This document shows positions 9,285-19,719 of a stretch of DNA of 64,000 bases, piece by piece (positions within the stretch are counted from its first letter, which is position 1; the number at the start of each line of letters is the position of its first letter). The DNA lies in NCBI GenBank assembly GCA_965197525.1, contig OZ240211.1:1216001-1280000 (forward strand). Reading direction: 5' to 3'. The stretch comes from Nitrosopumilus sp. (lineage in GTDB: Archaea > Thermoproteota > Nitrososphaeria > Nitrososphaerales > Nitrosopumilaceae). The notes below the pieces were generated by a model. The model had not been told where the DNA came from. It saw only the letters and a program-made list of their open reading frames with translations, and searched no databases. Made by a program: the position numbers and the translations under genes.

Positions 9285-10117
9285 AGTAACGAACTGCCAA
9301 GTAACAATATGTTTCGCTTTCTCTCTTTGATTCGCCTAATGGAATATGCCAACCAATTGACGCCGTATGGGATATAGTCTGAAATCACGTATCCCTCTTG
9401 GATTAGAGTGGGTTTGAGTTCATCTCGTATCCCTTTTAGCATCTGAAACTCAAATTTCTTGGGATATTTTTTGGATAGATGTTTTGCTTCCCGTATCATG
9501 GTATCATCGTGTGATGCTATAGCAAACTCGTTGCCTCTTCTGAATAGTATTCTCATCAGTTTTATGTAGTTGTTATCGACATCTGTATTTGACTTGAAAG
9601 ATATGTTCGCACGCTCCCTGTAAGCGCCTTTTACAAGACGTATTTTTGCACCTGTCTCCAACAGATCGCAAAGATCATTTTGGGTTCTCTTCAGATTGGC
9701 CTGCAAGGCAATCCCGACTCGCTCATACCCTGAAAACAATGTACGGTAAATATCTAATGTAGTGTCTGTGTGCTCTGATGATTCCATGTCAATCCATACA
9801 AAGACGTGTGCACTACGTGCAGCATCAACTATTGTATCAAAATTTCTAACACACTCTCGTTGACTAAGCGAGAGTCCTACCTGGGTGGGTTTGACTGATA
9901 TTGCACCGCGAATCTTCCATCGTCGAAAAGAGTCTATGATCTTTTGATAGTCATCAACAGTCTGCTTGATCTGTTTTTTTGAGGTGTGATACTCGCCTAG
10001 CTTGTTTATGATGGTATGGCGTCTCTTTTGATATGCGTTTTTTGCAGACATCAAAGCATCGTCTATGGTATTGCCAGCAATCCATTGCTTTGCTACCTTG
10101 AACAGAACTTTTTCCAT
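9266..10117 (-). CDS. Monofunctional proline dehydrogenase
   Basis: WIAG, ISVKPTQ, WIDME, IRLVKGAY, IASHD, FEFQML, YIPYG..W..Y..RR. Confidence 0.93.
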   Translation of the reverse strand: MEKVLFKVAKQWIAGNTIDDALMSAKNAYQKRRHTIINKLGEYHTSKKQIKQTVDDYQKIIDSFRRWKIRGAISVKPTQVGLSLSQRECVRNFDTIVDAARSAHVFVWIDMESSEHTDTTLDIYRTLFSGYERVGIALQANLKRTQNDLCDLLETGAKIRLVKGAYRERANISFKSNTDVDNNYIKLMRILFRRGNEFAIASHDDTMIREAKHLSKKYPKKFEFQMLKGIRDELKPTLIQEGYVISDYIPYGVNWLAYSIRRIKERKRNILLLGSSLLQSQRV

Positions 10118-10216
10118 GAGTTGAGTTGCTGCAACCATAAAAGGTATACAACAAACAGGATTAAATGACTTTGGGATTCATACTGAATGTCTGTATTTGA
10201 GAACTTGTCATAGGGT

Positions 10217-11314
10217 TTATGACAACTCTCTGATTGCCTTTTCTATAACCCCCCTATCATAAGCACGGGGATAATATTTGAGATATGCCTTGAGATCGTC
10301 TTTTGCGCCAGAACTGTTATTTTGTTTATCTCTGAGAAATGCGCGATTTTTATATATTTTAGCAGAACGCTTGGGGTTAATCGTGATAGCCTTACTGTAA
10401 AACTCTTCTGCCTTGGCAAATTGCTGAGATTTGAGATAAAAATTTCCAAGACCGTTGTAACTAAGATAAGAGCGAGGATTTATCTTTAGACATTTGTCAT
10501 AGTACTGGACACAATCTGGAGAGTTTTGATCGTTATACATTGCGCCTAGCAGATGCAGAGCAGTAGAGTTGTTTGGGTTTAGTTGGACTGCTTTGCGTAG
10601 CGATTCGACGGCACCGTCCGTATTCTTGAGGATGTTCTGGCGTTCAGAGTCAAAGCATAGTCTGTTTGATGCCACGTTGTCTTGATCAGCAAGCGACAGG
10701 GATGAAATAGTCTCAGATGGTGATGATGATGATGTAGGCACTAAGACCAACAACAGTAATCGACCCTCCTCAGACCACTCTGCATCAAAGACGGTTTCAG
10801 GTATTGCTCCCTCTTGCTGCTCTCCTGCCTGATTTCCCTTTTGGACATAATGAAATATCGTCTTTTCTGTATCGTCATAGCCTGTAATTACAGACGCATG
10901 CTGGGTTATCTCTGGAATACCTGGCAGAATGACGATTGGAGGAATTCCCAAATCAATAATCTTTTTTAGCTCAGTAAGAGAAGAGTGAACTATCTTGCAT
11001 GTAATACCATACCGCTCTGCAAGCTCTATTCCCTCGATGAGAATACTGCCATTAAATGTATGATATTTTTTTGCAGCCTCTGCAGCATCTTGAATTGGCA
11101 GATGCACATCCCAGTACTGGGATATCACGTTGATTGGTAGTGGCAGACAGATGTTCTCCTCTTCGACTAGGGGTAGGAATAGTTGATGGATGTTGTCATC
11201 ATCATTATTACTATTATTATCTCCACTGCCGATACTACCATTATAGTTACCAGCAGGGTTGTAACCGTCCTGAGAACTGTAATTATAATTCACATCATCG
11301 TTGTATTTATCCAT
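10217..11314 (-). CDS. Peptidase-C39-like domain plus TPR repeat protein
   Basis: ICLP...HASVITGYD (Cys/His), C-terminal TPRs (ALHLLG, SYNGLGNFY, IYKNRA); N/D-rich N-terminal extension. Confidence 0.75.
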   Translation of the reverse strand: MDKYNDDVNYNYSSQDGYNPAGNYNGSIGSGDNNSNNDDDNIHQLFLPLVEEENICLPLPINVISQYWDVHLPIQDAAEAAKKYHTFNGSILIEGIELAERYGITCKIVHSSLTELKKIIDLGIPPIVILPGIPEITQHASVITGYDDTEKTIFHYVQKGNQAGEQQEGAIPETVFDAEWSEEGRLLLLVLVPTSSSSPSETISSLSLADQDNVASNRLCFDSERQNILKNTDGAVESLRKAVQLNPNNSTALHLLGAMYNDQNSPDCVQYYDKCLKINPRSYLSYNGLGNFYLKSQQFAKAEEFYSKAITINPKRSAKIYKNRAFLRDKQNNSSGAKDDLKAYLKYYPRAYDRGVIEKAIRELS

Positions 11315-11347
11315 ATATCATACAATTTACAGCGATATTAAAATCAA

Positions 11348-11899
11348 TCAAAGACTGGTAAATCTTGTAATTAATTGGTGTCCGTCCTGACTCATCTCTG
11401 GATGAAACTGAGTACCAAAGATAGCTCGTTCCTTGTGTTGTATAATCTCATATTTACAGCTAGAGGATGTCCCAACACACAACAATGCATCAGGCAGCGC
11501 TGATATCTCATAACTGTGACTTTGAAATACATTCAAAGTGTCACCGGTGCAGATCGGACTCTCTTTGACGGTTTTAACAGTATCCAATCTTTTTACCGGT
11601 GTATCACGGCGTCTAATGGTACCTCCCAGAGTCAGGGCAATAATTTCGGCGCCATAGCAAATGCCAAGCAACTTTACATCGTTTTTAACACAGTGCAAGA
11701 TAATCTTGGAATTGACCTCGTTGGTTTTTTTAGAGTTGCTCACGCGGCCTGAGAGTATAACGCCAGTATACCTGTCCAAGGAATCCATATCAATCATATG
11801 AGGAGCAAACACCTCAAATGGCACTCCGTTTGTATGCAGAAGATTTGTTAGATCTTTTACATAAACAGAGCCGTTGTCAACTACTAGTAGCAAAAGCAA
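11348..11899 (-). CDS. Class I glutamine amidotransferase (GMP synthase subunit A-like)
   Basis: LGICYG nucleophile motif, QSHSY, GTQFHPE. Confidence 0.9.
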   Translation of the reverse strand: MLLLLVVDNGSVYVKDLTNLLHTNGVPFEVFAPHMIDMDSLDRYTGVILSGRVSNSKKTNEVNSKIILHCVKNDVKLLGICYGAEIIALTLGGTIRRRDTPVKRLDTVKTVKESPICTGDTLNVFQSHSYEISALPDALLCVGTSSSCKYEIIQHKERAIFGTQFHPEMSQDGHQLITRFTSL

Positions 11900-14779
11900 C
11901 TAGTTGCCTACCTCAATTGAGATGAAGTGAACCTCAGGAATGCCGTCTTGTAAAACAACAGTGCCTACGTTGACGTGATTGTCCTCTTCCCACATTATTA
12001 CGCGTGTGCTCTGCTCTGTTACAAACTCGTCCATAAACGCGGCTACGAACTCTACAGCATTCTGTCTGTCATTTTCAGTAAAGAAGAACAGATCTCCTTC
12101 ATTAAATGACAGCGGAATCTGAATGGATGTTGGTTCTGCAATAGAGATGCCATTATCGGTAAACAGCGAGCGTATGATATCAATTCTATCATCACGTTCT
12201 AGTTCTATATAGTTCACGTCAGCTATAGTCACAGCAGATGCAACGCCTGAGACCTTTTTGAGGTATTGCTCAAATGCCGCTTCTTGGGTATCACCCAATC
12301 CTACAAAGTACTCTCCGTTAAACGCAGCACCGACTGCGGCAATGGTTCCCAGCTGAGCAACAACACCGCCCGCACCTGCAGTATACACAGGAATAAAGTA
12401 GACATCGTGGTCGCCTACGCGATACAGTATATTATCACCGATTCTTGGATTCCTCAACAACGTCTTTAATTGTGCAAATTCGGGATCTCGGTCAAGCGCC
12501 TCCCTTACTGCAGTAGGGCCGATCAACTTTGTAGTAGAGTTTAGTGGAACTTCATAGAACTGCAAATTACCAAGGCGGTCTAGGTCGTTTTCTACTACCA
12601 TGTATCCTGCCAAGTTTCTGCCCTGTGAACCCTTTAGCTCAAGGGACAACAGCCCCAAGAACTCGGTACTCTCAAACCCTGGAGGCTTTGCCTCAACGTA
12701 ATACGTCTCAAGACCTCGTGGAATCTCATAGAACTCGTTTGCCTGAATGTATGTCTCAGCGTTGGTAACATGATAAAAGTTATACATCTCTGTCTTCCAG
12801 TTAAACAGCTCTACAGGATACCTAATCTGTTCCTCTAACCAGCTAGGTATTGGTACAAACTGCTCTGCATATTGTTCTGCAAACATCTCGGTAAAAAAGT
12901 CATCTCCGGTTTTTAGTAGCTGAATATCACCATCATACGAGTCAACTAGCGCATACCCGACTAGACGCAGATAGGGATTGTCAACAGACCATGGAACATC
13001 AGATGTCTCAAATCCAATAATTAATGGAATTAACCAGTAAGAGTTTATACCATCAGTGACTGGCAGCGAGTCAAGCTCTTTTCCAAATAAATCATAAAGG
13101 AAGTAAGGGTACAAAATTTCCATCCTGTCATGCACGTCCTTGTATCTCATGATATGGACCGGTTCTGCTGGAAATTGCAACAAAAAGTTTGGCTCAAAGA
13201 TCCAACTAAGTGGAGGTCCAACATCAAGACCGCCTATTCCTGAATATGACACCTGTCCTAGTTCTGCGCTTGTATCACCACGCGAGGTTGGGTATCCAGA
13301 CCATACGGGGCCTGAGCTCATACTCTCAAATAACCCACCTTCACCGTAATAGATCTCTCGCTGCTTGAAGAATTCCTCGCTATCGACTATCTGTCCATCA
13401 GTAGCCTCCAAGGTCAAAAATGCATTAGGAACATGAGTATACACCAAGTGTTCGTTGTACCATGCGTTGTCTGCAGATACTGATGATGGAAGGATCGGAC
13501 TCATTGATGCTGTCCAATATAACGTGTTGTTAAATCGAAGAATATCATTATCCGCAAAGCCAACATATGGGATTAGGCCTATCTCTGGTTTTAGTTTGGC
13601 AAATGCTGCCTCCCAGTCCCAAACACGAATGACATCTAACACGTCATTGTTTTGCGCTACATAGTTTTTGATGTTATTAGATGACACGGATGTAAGTTGG
13701 ACGTCATGAACGTTCTCTTGTATGTTGTCTAATTCACCCAGATAACGATTAACGCCTATCTGCTGAGCAGTATACGGTCCCAGATACTCTAGCTTTTTGG
13801 CATCAGCAATAATATTATTCCCAACTACAACTGCAAGAACTACTGCAATAATTGCAACAATCGTTATTATCCTGATATACACATCTCGTTTGAACATGTG
13901 TGTTAGGACACGTGCGCGAATCCTGTCAAGAATAGAAAACGCAATAAAAGCAGAACCAATAATTAAAACGCCACCAATAACATAACGTGTATTGTAATCT
14001 ATCTGGCTTGTAAAAAAGAGGTTTATGCCTACCCATATTATAGCAATGCCAAATATACCCTCAATGGTTGATACATAGTTTAGATACCGTGGTTTGCCAT
14101 CAGTAGTGTCGACCATATACGACGTAATAACTTGGATTATTCTATGAATTCCGACATACAAGACAAGACGTATTCCGACTGCTGCAAGGAGCGGAGGAAT
14201 CAATATTACAAGAGCGGGAATCATTGGAACGACGTTGTTGACTGCGTATGCGGGATCGCTGTCCGGAGTTACAAAGGGTAAGGAGAATAATGCAGTCAGA
14301 TTTTCAACGCCTAGCGTGGTATCTCCGGTAATAAACGATACTGCGGCAAACCCGAACATAATGTTTACAAAAAATGCACCGAACAGCAGAATCTTTGTAA
14401 TCTGCCATAGTACGAATTGGGGAGGAGATAGTTTGTACTCTTTGAAACTCTGTATGTTATTTGAGACAGGCTGCTGGCTGGTACGGCCAAAAAACCCTAC
14501 TCCAGTATTAATGATATACCAAAATATAGAAGAACGTCCAGCAACATTGACGCGCACCAGTGCTATGGCAGCCAGGATTATCGTCGATACAAGGGTATAA
14601 TACAACGGTTTGGTAAACTGTTCGCCGAACTCTGTAAAATTCATCGACAGTATAACTGCCTGATTGCCTGCCAAGACAAAGATTACCGCTACAATGATTG
14701 CAACTAGAACTATGCGTACAAGTTTTCCAGTATTGGGAGGCGGAGCTTGTTTATCCGTAGCGGCGCTATACAAAATCAA
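11900..14779 (-). CDS. UPF0182 family membrane protein
   Basis: Multiple N-terminal TM segments; IRVWDW, HLVYTH, IYYGE, YPFLYD...D, QIRYPVELF motifs. Confidence 0.85.
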   Translation of the reverse strand: MILYSAATDKQAPPPNTGKLVRIVLVAIIVAVIFVLAGNQAVILSMNFTEFGEQFTKPLYYTLVSTIILAAIALVRVNVAGRSSIFWYIINTGVGFFGRTSQQPVSNNIQSFKEYKLSPPQFVLWQITKILLFGAFFVNIMFGFAAVSFITGDTTLGVENLTALFSLPFVTPDSDPAYAVNNVVPMIPALVILIPPLLAAVGIRLVLYVGIHRIIQVITSYMVDTTDGKPRYLNYVSTIEGIFGIAIIWVGINLFFTSQIDYNTRYVIGGVLIIGSAFIAFSILDRIRARVLTHMFKRDVYIRIITIVAIIAVVLAVVVGNNIIADAKKLEYLGPYTAQQIGVNRYLGELDNIQENVHDVQLTSVSSNNIKNYVAQNNDVLDVIRVWDWEAAFAKLKPEIGLIPYVGFADNDILRFNNTLYWTASMSPILPSSVSADNAWYNEHLVYTHVPNAFLTLEATDGQIVDSEEFFKQREIYYGEGGLFESMSSGPVWSGYPTSRGDTSAELGQVSYSGIGGLDVGPPLSWIFEPNFLLQFPAEPVHIMRYKDVHDRMEILYPYFLYDLFGKELDSLPVTDGINSYWLIPLIIGFETSDVPWSVDNPYLRLVGYALVDSYDGDIQLLKTGDDFFTEMFAEQYAEQFVPIPSWLEEQIRYPVELFNWKTEMYNFYHVTNAETYIQANEFYEIPRGLETYYVEAKPPGFESTEFLGLLSLELKGSQGRNLAGYMVVENDLDRLGNLQFYEVPLNSTTKLIGPTAVREALDRDPEFAQLKTLLRNPRIGDNILYRVGDHDVYFIPVYTAGAGGVVAQLGTIAAVGAAFNGEYFVGLGDTQEAAFEQYLKKVSGVASAVTIADVNYIELERDDRIDIIRSLFTDNGISIAEPTSIQIPLSFNEGDLFFFTENDRQNAVEFVAAFMDEFVTEQSTRVIMWEEDNHVNVGTVVLQDGIPEVHFISIEVGN

Positions 14780-14820
14780 CTATTGTTAAGAGTTGGTAAA
14801 TTAATGTCTTACCAGCAAAA

Positions 14821-15954
14821 TCAGGCTATTTTTGCCATTTTCTTGCATGCCATGTAGACTGCAGCGTACGTAGGTACTGTAATTTGCTCATCGTCATACG
14901 GACCAAACGTCTTGTTCTGTAACTTGAACGCTATTGGAGTACTAGCTACAACCTCTACTGTATCATCAGAGAGCAGAGAGGCATCAGTAAATGGATTAAA
15001 GTTTGACATGTCATCAATATCGCAGCGAATCTTCGATAGGCCGCTCTTGCTGTTAAGGGAGCCAGGCAGCCTGAAGATCCTGCTGATGTCTTGGGTTACG
15101 TTGGGATCAATCTTGACGCCAATTGACGGGGCTACATCATCATTGAGGGTTTTTTGGAAATTTGGATATCCGTCAGCAATCAACTCTTTAATTTTTTTTG
15201 GGCGTTTTGATTTTGCACCATAAACATGTTCTGAGAATCTGCTGCGCCATCCCACTTGATCAAAATCAGGAAGATCGTCGCGTTTTGTCTTGCTGGTTCT
15301 TTTCATTCCAAATGTCTCAGGGATGGCACCGCGAAGCGTAATGTAATCTACCAGCTCTTGTCGCTCTTTTGCGCCAATAGGTTGAAACTGTGAATTATAC
15401 ACATAAATATGAAATCCTTCATTTCCTGAAAAGTAGACATAGATGTCAGTTTGATTAACACCCAAGTCAGCAGTCAGAATATCAACTAGTTTTGATACCT
15501 CGTTTTTAGATGCGGCAATGCATTTTTTGCATGGTAGTGACTTGTTGTCTAGTTTTGTAGAGTTGCACTTGTCGCAGGACTTTGAGTGTTTTAAAACGCG
15601 ATTGCAGTCACTGCAAATTGAGATTGTGTGATCAGCTCTGCACGGTAAAGAGAGATCTTTTGCATCAATATCAAATATTAGATCAGCTTCTTTCCAAATT
15701 TTCTCATTCATCGGTCGGTCAGGAAACGTGTAATATGCATTAGAACAGTATACATCTGATGGAGTATTTTCCATTAACATTATATGTAATTTTTTATCAT
15801 CTGGTATGGAGATATGACGAATCATGCCAGAGTCAAATTTTTGATAGCCGTATTCGCGTTCGTGTGAACGTGTGAGTGCTGTTATCTTGTCAAAATTGGC
15901 ATAATAGTATTTCTTAAATGCGTCCTGTAAAAATGATATGTCAGATTGGTCCAC
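14821..15954 (-). CDS. priS: DNA primase small subunit PriS
   Basis: DLIFDIDAKDL, YFSGNEGFHI, DPNVTQDISRIFRLPGSLN; likely GTG start directly after the priL stop. Confidence 0.95.
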   Translation of the reverse strand: MDQSDISFLQDAFKKYYYANFDKITALTRSHEREYGYQKFDSGMIRHISIPDDKKLHIMLMENTPSDVYCSNAYYTFPDRPMNEKIWKEADLIFDIDAKDLSLPCRADHTISICSDCNRVLKHSKSCDKCNSTKLDNKSLPCKKCIAASKNEVSKLVDILTADLGVNQTDIYVYFSGNEGFHIYVYNSQFQPIGAKERQELVDYITLRGAIPETFGMKRTSKTKRDDLPDFDQVGWRSRFSEHVYGAKSKRPKKIKELIADGYPNFQKTLNDDVAPSIGVKIDPNVTQDISRIFRLPGSLNSKSGLSKIRCDIDDMSNFNPFTDASLLSDDTVEVVASTPIAFKLQNKTFGPYDDEQITVPTYAAVYMACKKMAKIA

Positions 15955-15956
15955 GA

Positions 15957-16988
15957 CTAGGATCGCCTCTTCTTTCCAAACTGTAAGGGATTGATAATAC
16001 CATTGCATGCAGGTATCTCAAAGCAGAGACTTTGTGTCTTTAGCTTTTCACAAGAGGGACACATGTACTGCGTTCCACTGCCGCTTGTGCCTGATAGGTG
16101 ATTCAGCTGGTATAGTGTGACGCGTGGGTTGTAATCTGGTGCATTTTTAAACAGTGGCGCGATTTGACTGACTGTCTGCCCTTTGGATAAAAGAAATGTA
16201 GCAAGCATGAATCGTCCAGAATGGGGGAGGTTCTCTCCTTTCTCAAGCGTCTCTATTGCATGTTTTATGCATGGCGGGTATTCCCCGGTATCAACTGTGG
16301 CAGTTACAAACTTTTTTGAGAGTAACACAAGTTTGTTGACTGACTCCTCAAAGCCTGAGATCATCTCAGGGGTCTTGGAGTTGACTATCTTGGAGTTGAT
16401 ATAGGTACCAAGTTCTGTGCGTATCAGTCTGACTGTCTCGTGTGATGACAGATATACAAGACCTTCCTGGACGCGCCTGTTTACTAGCTTCCACTCTCGC
16501 TCATGAAAGTTGACAGAGTGTGTCAGGTAGTCTGATACAGGAATGACAAAAGAGTCGTCGCGTCTCTGAATCTGAATTGAGAATAGCTCGTAAATTATCC
16601 TGACTGCCAGGTCTACTCTAGATTGATCATACATATTCCCAAGATCACGTTCAAGATGGCGTTCTGCACGTCTTGACTCTGCTAGCGCAAACCGTTTGAT
16701 AAGAGTGTGTGACTTTGACTGCTTTAAGAGTACGATGGCCAGTAAAAATGAGAATATCTCTTTTGGCAGCGTTGCCTGATCTGTGATATGACCGGCGGCA
16801 TCCAAGGTAGATTTGTAGATGCCGCCACCAGACGCAATCTTGATTCGTTGGTATGCCATATCAATTAACTGCCTCAAGTCAGGATCCGCTCCAAACTGTT
16901 CTAGTGTAAACCCTTGTTCCTTGAGATATGCGCCTGCATCGCCTAAGAATGGATATTTTGCCTTTTCATCTTCTCCTAGGGTAATCAT
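15957..16988 (-). CDS. priL: DNA primase large subunit PriL
   Basis: YPPCI, LPHSGRF, YMCPSC..LKTQSLC Fe-S cysteines. Confidence 0.95.
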   Translation of the reverse strand: MITLGEDEKAKYPFLGDAGAYLKEQGFTLEQFGADPDLRQLIDMAYQRIKIASGGGIYKSTLDAAGHITDQATLPKEIFSFLLAIVLLKQSKSHTLIKRFALAESRRAERHLERDLGNMYDQSRVDLAVRIIYELFSIQIQRRDDSFVIPVSDYLTHSVNFHEREWKLVNRRVQEGLVYLSSHETVRLIRTELGTYINSKIVNSKTPEMISGFEESVNKLVLLSKKFVTATVDTGEYPPCIKHAIETLEKGENLPHSGRFMLATFLLSKGQTVSQIAPLFKNAPDYNPRVTLYQLNHLSGTSGSGTQYMCPSCEKLKTQSLCFEIPACNGIINPLQFGKKRRS

Positions 16989-17078
16989 ACGATGATAGTT
17001 TGGTTTGTTTGATTTAAAAATATGGTTTTTTGTAAATATCGGACGCTGGTTTAAATTATGTCAAACCAAATATGTAGC

Positions 17079-17918
17079 ATGCAAGTCGGATGTCATGTAT
17101 CCATATCAGGGTCAATTGATAGAGCAGTTGATAATGCAGTAGAGAGAGAATGTACTGCATTTCAGATATTTACAAGAAATCCCAGAGGTTGGCATGCAAA
17201 AGATCTGGGAGCAGAGGATATCAGTAACTTTAAGACAAAGTTAGGACATAGTAAGATTGACAGATTTGCAACATGTGCGCATATGCCGTATCTGCCCAAT
17301 TTGGCAACTCCAAAAGACGACGGATTTGAAAAGTCAGTAAAGACTCTGATAGGCGAGGTTGAAAGATGTGCGCAGCTGGGAATCCCGTATCTTGTGACGC
17401 ATTTAGGCAGTCATCTAGGAACAGGCGATCAGGCAGGAATAAAGAGACTGGTGGAGGGATTGACTAGAGCAGGTCAGACAAAGAATGATGTGGTTATACT
17501 CTTGGAGAATACAGCAGGCCAGAAGAACTCGGTGGGCTCTGATTTTAAACAGTTAGGTGAGATATTCAAGCAGTTAAAACCTGCAAAAAAGTTTGGCGTG
17601 TGTCTGGATACCTGCCATGCATTTGTTGCAGGATATGACCTGAGAACCGATGTTAATGTAAGGGAGACGTTCTCAGAGTTTGACAGGCATGTAGGAGTGA
17701 AACATTTGAAGATACTGCATCTAAATGATGCAAGAGGGGATATCGGGTGTAATTTGGATAGGCATTATCATTTAGGATTAGGCGGGATAGGCAGTACAGG
17801 AATTGCAGCCGTTGTAAAGTTTGCAAACAAACAAAAGATTCCCATAATTTTGGAGACGCCAATTGACGACGAGAGAGACGATTTTGAGAATATCAGAGTG
17901 GCAAAAGGATTTGCGTAA
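17079..17918 (+). CDS. nfo: Endonuclease IV
   Basis: GCHVS, HMPYLPNLA, LLENTAG, CLDTCH, HLND, DRH, ILETP. Confidence 0.96.
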   Translation: MQVGCHVSISGSIDRAVDNAVERECTAFQIFTRNPRGWHAKDLGAEDISNFKTKLGHSKIDRFATCAHMPYLPNLATPKDDGFEKSVKTLIGEVERCAQLGIPYLVTHLGSHLGTGDQAGIKRLVEGLTRAGQTKNDVVILLENTAGQKNSVGSDFKQLGEIFKQLKPAKKFGVCLDTCHAFVAGYDLRTDVNVRETFSEFDRHVGVKHLKILHLNDARGDIGCNLDRHYHLGLGGIGSTGIAAVVKFANKQKIPIILETPIDDERDDFENIRVAKGFA

Positions 17919-17965
17919 AGTTAAAGACGAAAAGATGACGAGAGTGATAAAGGTAGAGATGTACA

Positions 17966-19438
17966 ATGAACTATGAAACAGTAATGAAATTAGCACTTGA
18001 GCGGGGGTTTTACTTTCCTAGCTGTGAAGTGTATGCAGATGCCCAGGCAGGATTCTGGGAGTATGGACCTGCAGGAGTCAGCCTAAAGAACAAGTTTCTA
18101 GAGTTGTGGAGAAGGGAGCTTGTAAGGCGGGATGCGATGCTAGAGATTGACGGCTCACAGATAATGTCAAAGTCGGTATTTGAGGCATCAGGTCATCTGG
18201 GAAACTTTGCAGATCCCATAGTCAGGTGTACAGAATGCAACTCTACATTTAGGGCAGACAAGATGATAGCAGAGACTACACAGATTGAGATACCGGAATC
18301 AGCACCGTTGCAAGAGTTCGATGACGCAATAACAAACAACGGTGTGAGATGCCCAAGGTGCAAGGGAGAGTTCGGAGAGACTGAGAACTTTAACATGATG
18401 TTCAAGGTGGGCATAGGACCGCAAGGTGACGAAGCGTATCTAAGACCTGAGACGTGTCAGTCCATCTTTGTTGATTTCCCAAGACTATACAAGACTATGA
18501 GAGGGAAACTGCCATTGGGTATAGCCCAAATAGGAAAGAGTTTTAGAAACGAGATAGCGCCAAGACAGAGCCTGTTGCGTTTAAGAGAGTTTTACCAGGC
18601 AGAGATAGAGGTGTTTTGCAATCCAGAAAAGCTAGATGATGATGAATCAGCAATAAAATTCTCAGAGATTGCAGAGGTTGTGATCAGAGTTCAAGATGAC
18701 AACCAGACAGAACCTGTTGCAATGACATGCAAACAGGCAGTAGAGACAGGTGTGGTGCCAAACAAGTTTGTCGCATATTATCTGGGAATTTTAACTGAAT
18801 TTTATGAAAAGGCCGGAATTGACATTACAAAAAGCAGATTCAGAAAACTAGGTGAGAAAGAAAAGGCGTTTTACGCAGAGGTCGCATTTGATTTTGAGGT
18901 AGAGACAACACTAGGATGGCTAGAGCTAGTTGCATGCAACTATAGGTCAGACTATGACCTGTCAAGCCACGCAAAGAAGAGCAAGACAAAGTTTGAAGTA
19001 GTCGACGACGATAAAAAGGTGCTACCGCACGTATTTGAGATCTCGATGGGCGTTGATAGGAGTTTGTATACTGTCTTGGAGCACAGTCTACGAGAGGATA
19101 AAGAGAATGATAGAATTGTGTTATCATTGAAACCGTATCTGTCACCTGTTCACGTTGGCATTCTATCACTAGTCAAAAAAGACGGGTTAAAAGAAAAGAC
19201 AGACGAGATATACCTGAAGATAAAGAGGAGATGCGATGCGTTCTTGGATCATTCAGGTGCGATAGGTAGAAGGTACAGACGGTTAGACGAGGTAGGTTCG
19301 CCGTTTGCCATCACAGTTGATCATCAGACGTTACAGGACGGAACAGTAACAATTCGAATGCGAGACAGTATGGAACAGAAGAGAATCCAAGTCTCTGAGA
19401 TTAATGCAGTTATTGGTGAATCGATTGCGTATCCCTGA
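17966..19438 (+). CDS. glyS: Glycyl-tRNA synthetase (class IIa, archaeal/eukaryal type)
   Basis: YLRPETCQ, GKSFRNEIAPRQSLLRLREF, EISMGVDR, anticodon-binding domain GRRYRRLDE. Confidence 0.97.
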   Translation: MNYETVMKLALERGFYFPSCEVYADAQAGFWEYGPAGVSLKNKFLELWRRELVRRDAMLEIDGSQIMSKSVFEASGHLGNFADPIVRCTECNSTFRADKMIAETTQIEIPESAPLQEFDDAITNNGVRCPRCKGEFGETENFNMMFKVGIGPQGDEAYLRPETCQSIFVDFPRLYKTMRGKLPLGIAQIGKSFRNEIAPRQSLLRLREFYQAEIEVFCNPEKLDDDESAIKFSEIAEVVIRVQDDNQTEPVAMTCKQAVETGVVPNKFVAYYLGILTEFYEKAGIDITKSRFRKLGEKEKAFYAEVAFDFEVETTLGWLELVACNYRSDYDLSSHAKKSKTKFEVVDDDKKVLPHVFEISMGVDRSLYTVLEHSLREDKENDRIVLSLKPYLSPVHVGILSLVKKDGLKEKTDEIYLKIKRRCDAFLDHSGAIGRRYRRLDEVGSPFAITVDHQTLQDGTVTIRMRDSMEQKRIQVSEINAVIGESIAYP

Positions 19439-19492
19439 TAACTATGATGAGGATGATGACATACACCACATAATTAAAGATTAACGGATGTT

Positions 19493-19624
19493 AAACCTTG
19501 TTTCCCAATTCAGATATTTCGCACTTTTACGATTAATTTAGTCCGTAAACGGCGTCAAGTCATACGAGAATCATGTTCTTTGTGGTAACTCAGATGCATT
19601 TATCTAAATTAGAAAACAAAGTTT
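19493..19624. mobile_element. MITE-like ~132-bp element, copy A
   Basis: Imperfect terminal inverted repeats AAACCTTGTTTCCCAATT / AATTAGAAAACAAAGTTT; colinear second copy at 40152. Confidence 0.65.
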
Positions 19625-19719
19625 TTCTTTGAAAAGATATTTCAAAACATCATTTGCAATAATACTATATTATTCAAATTTGTAAAATTTTTAAAATCAT
19701 CTTTTAACTGCAGAAAATC

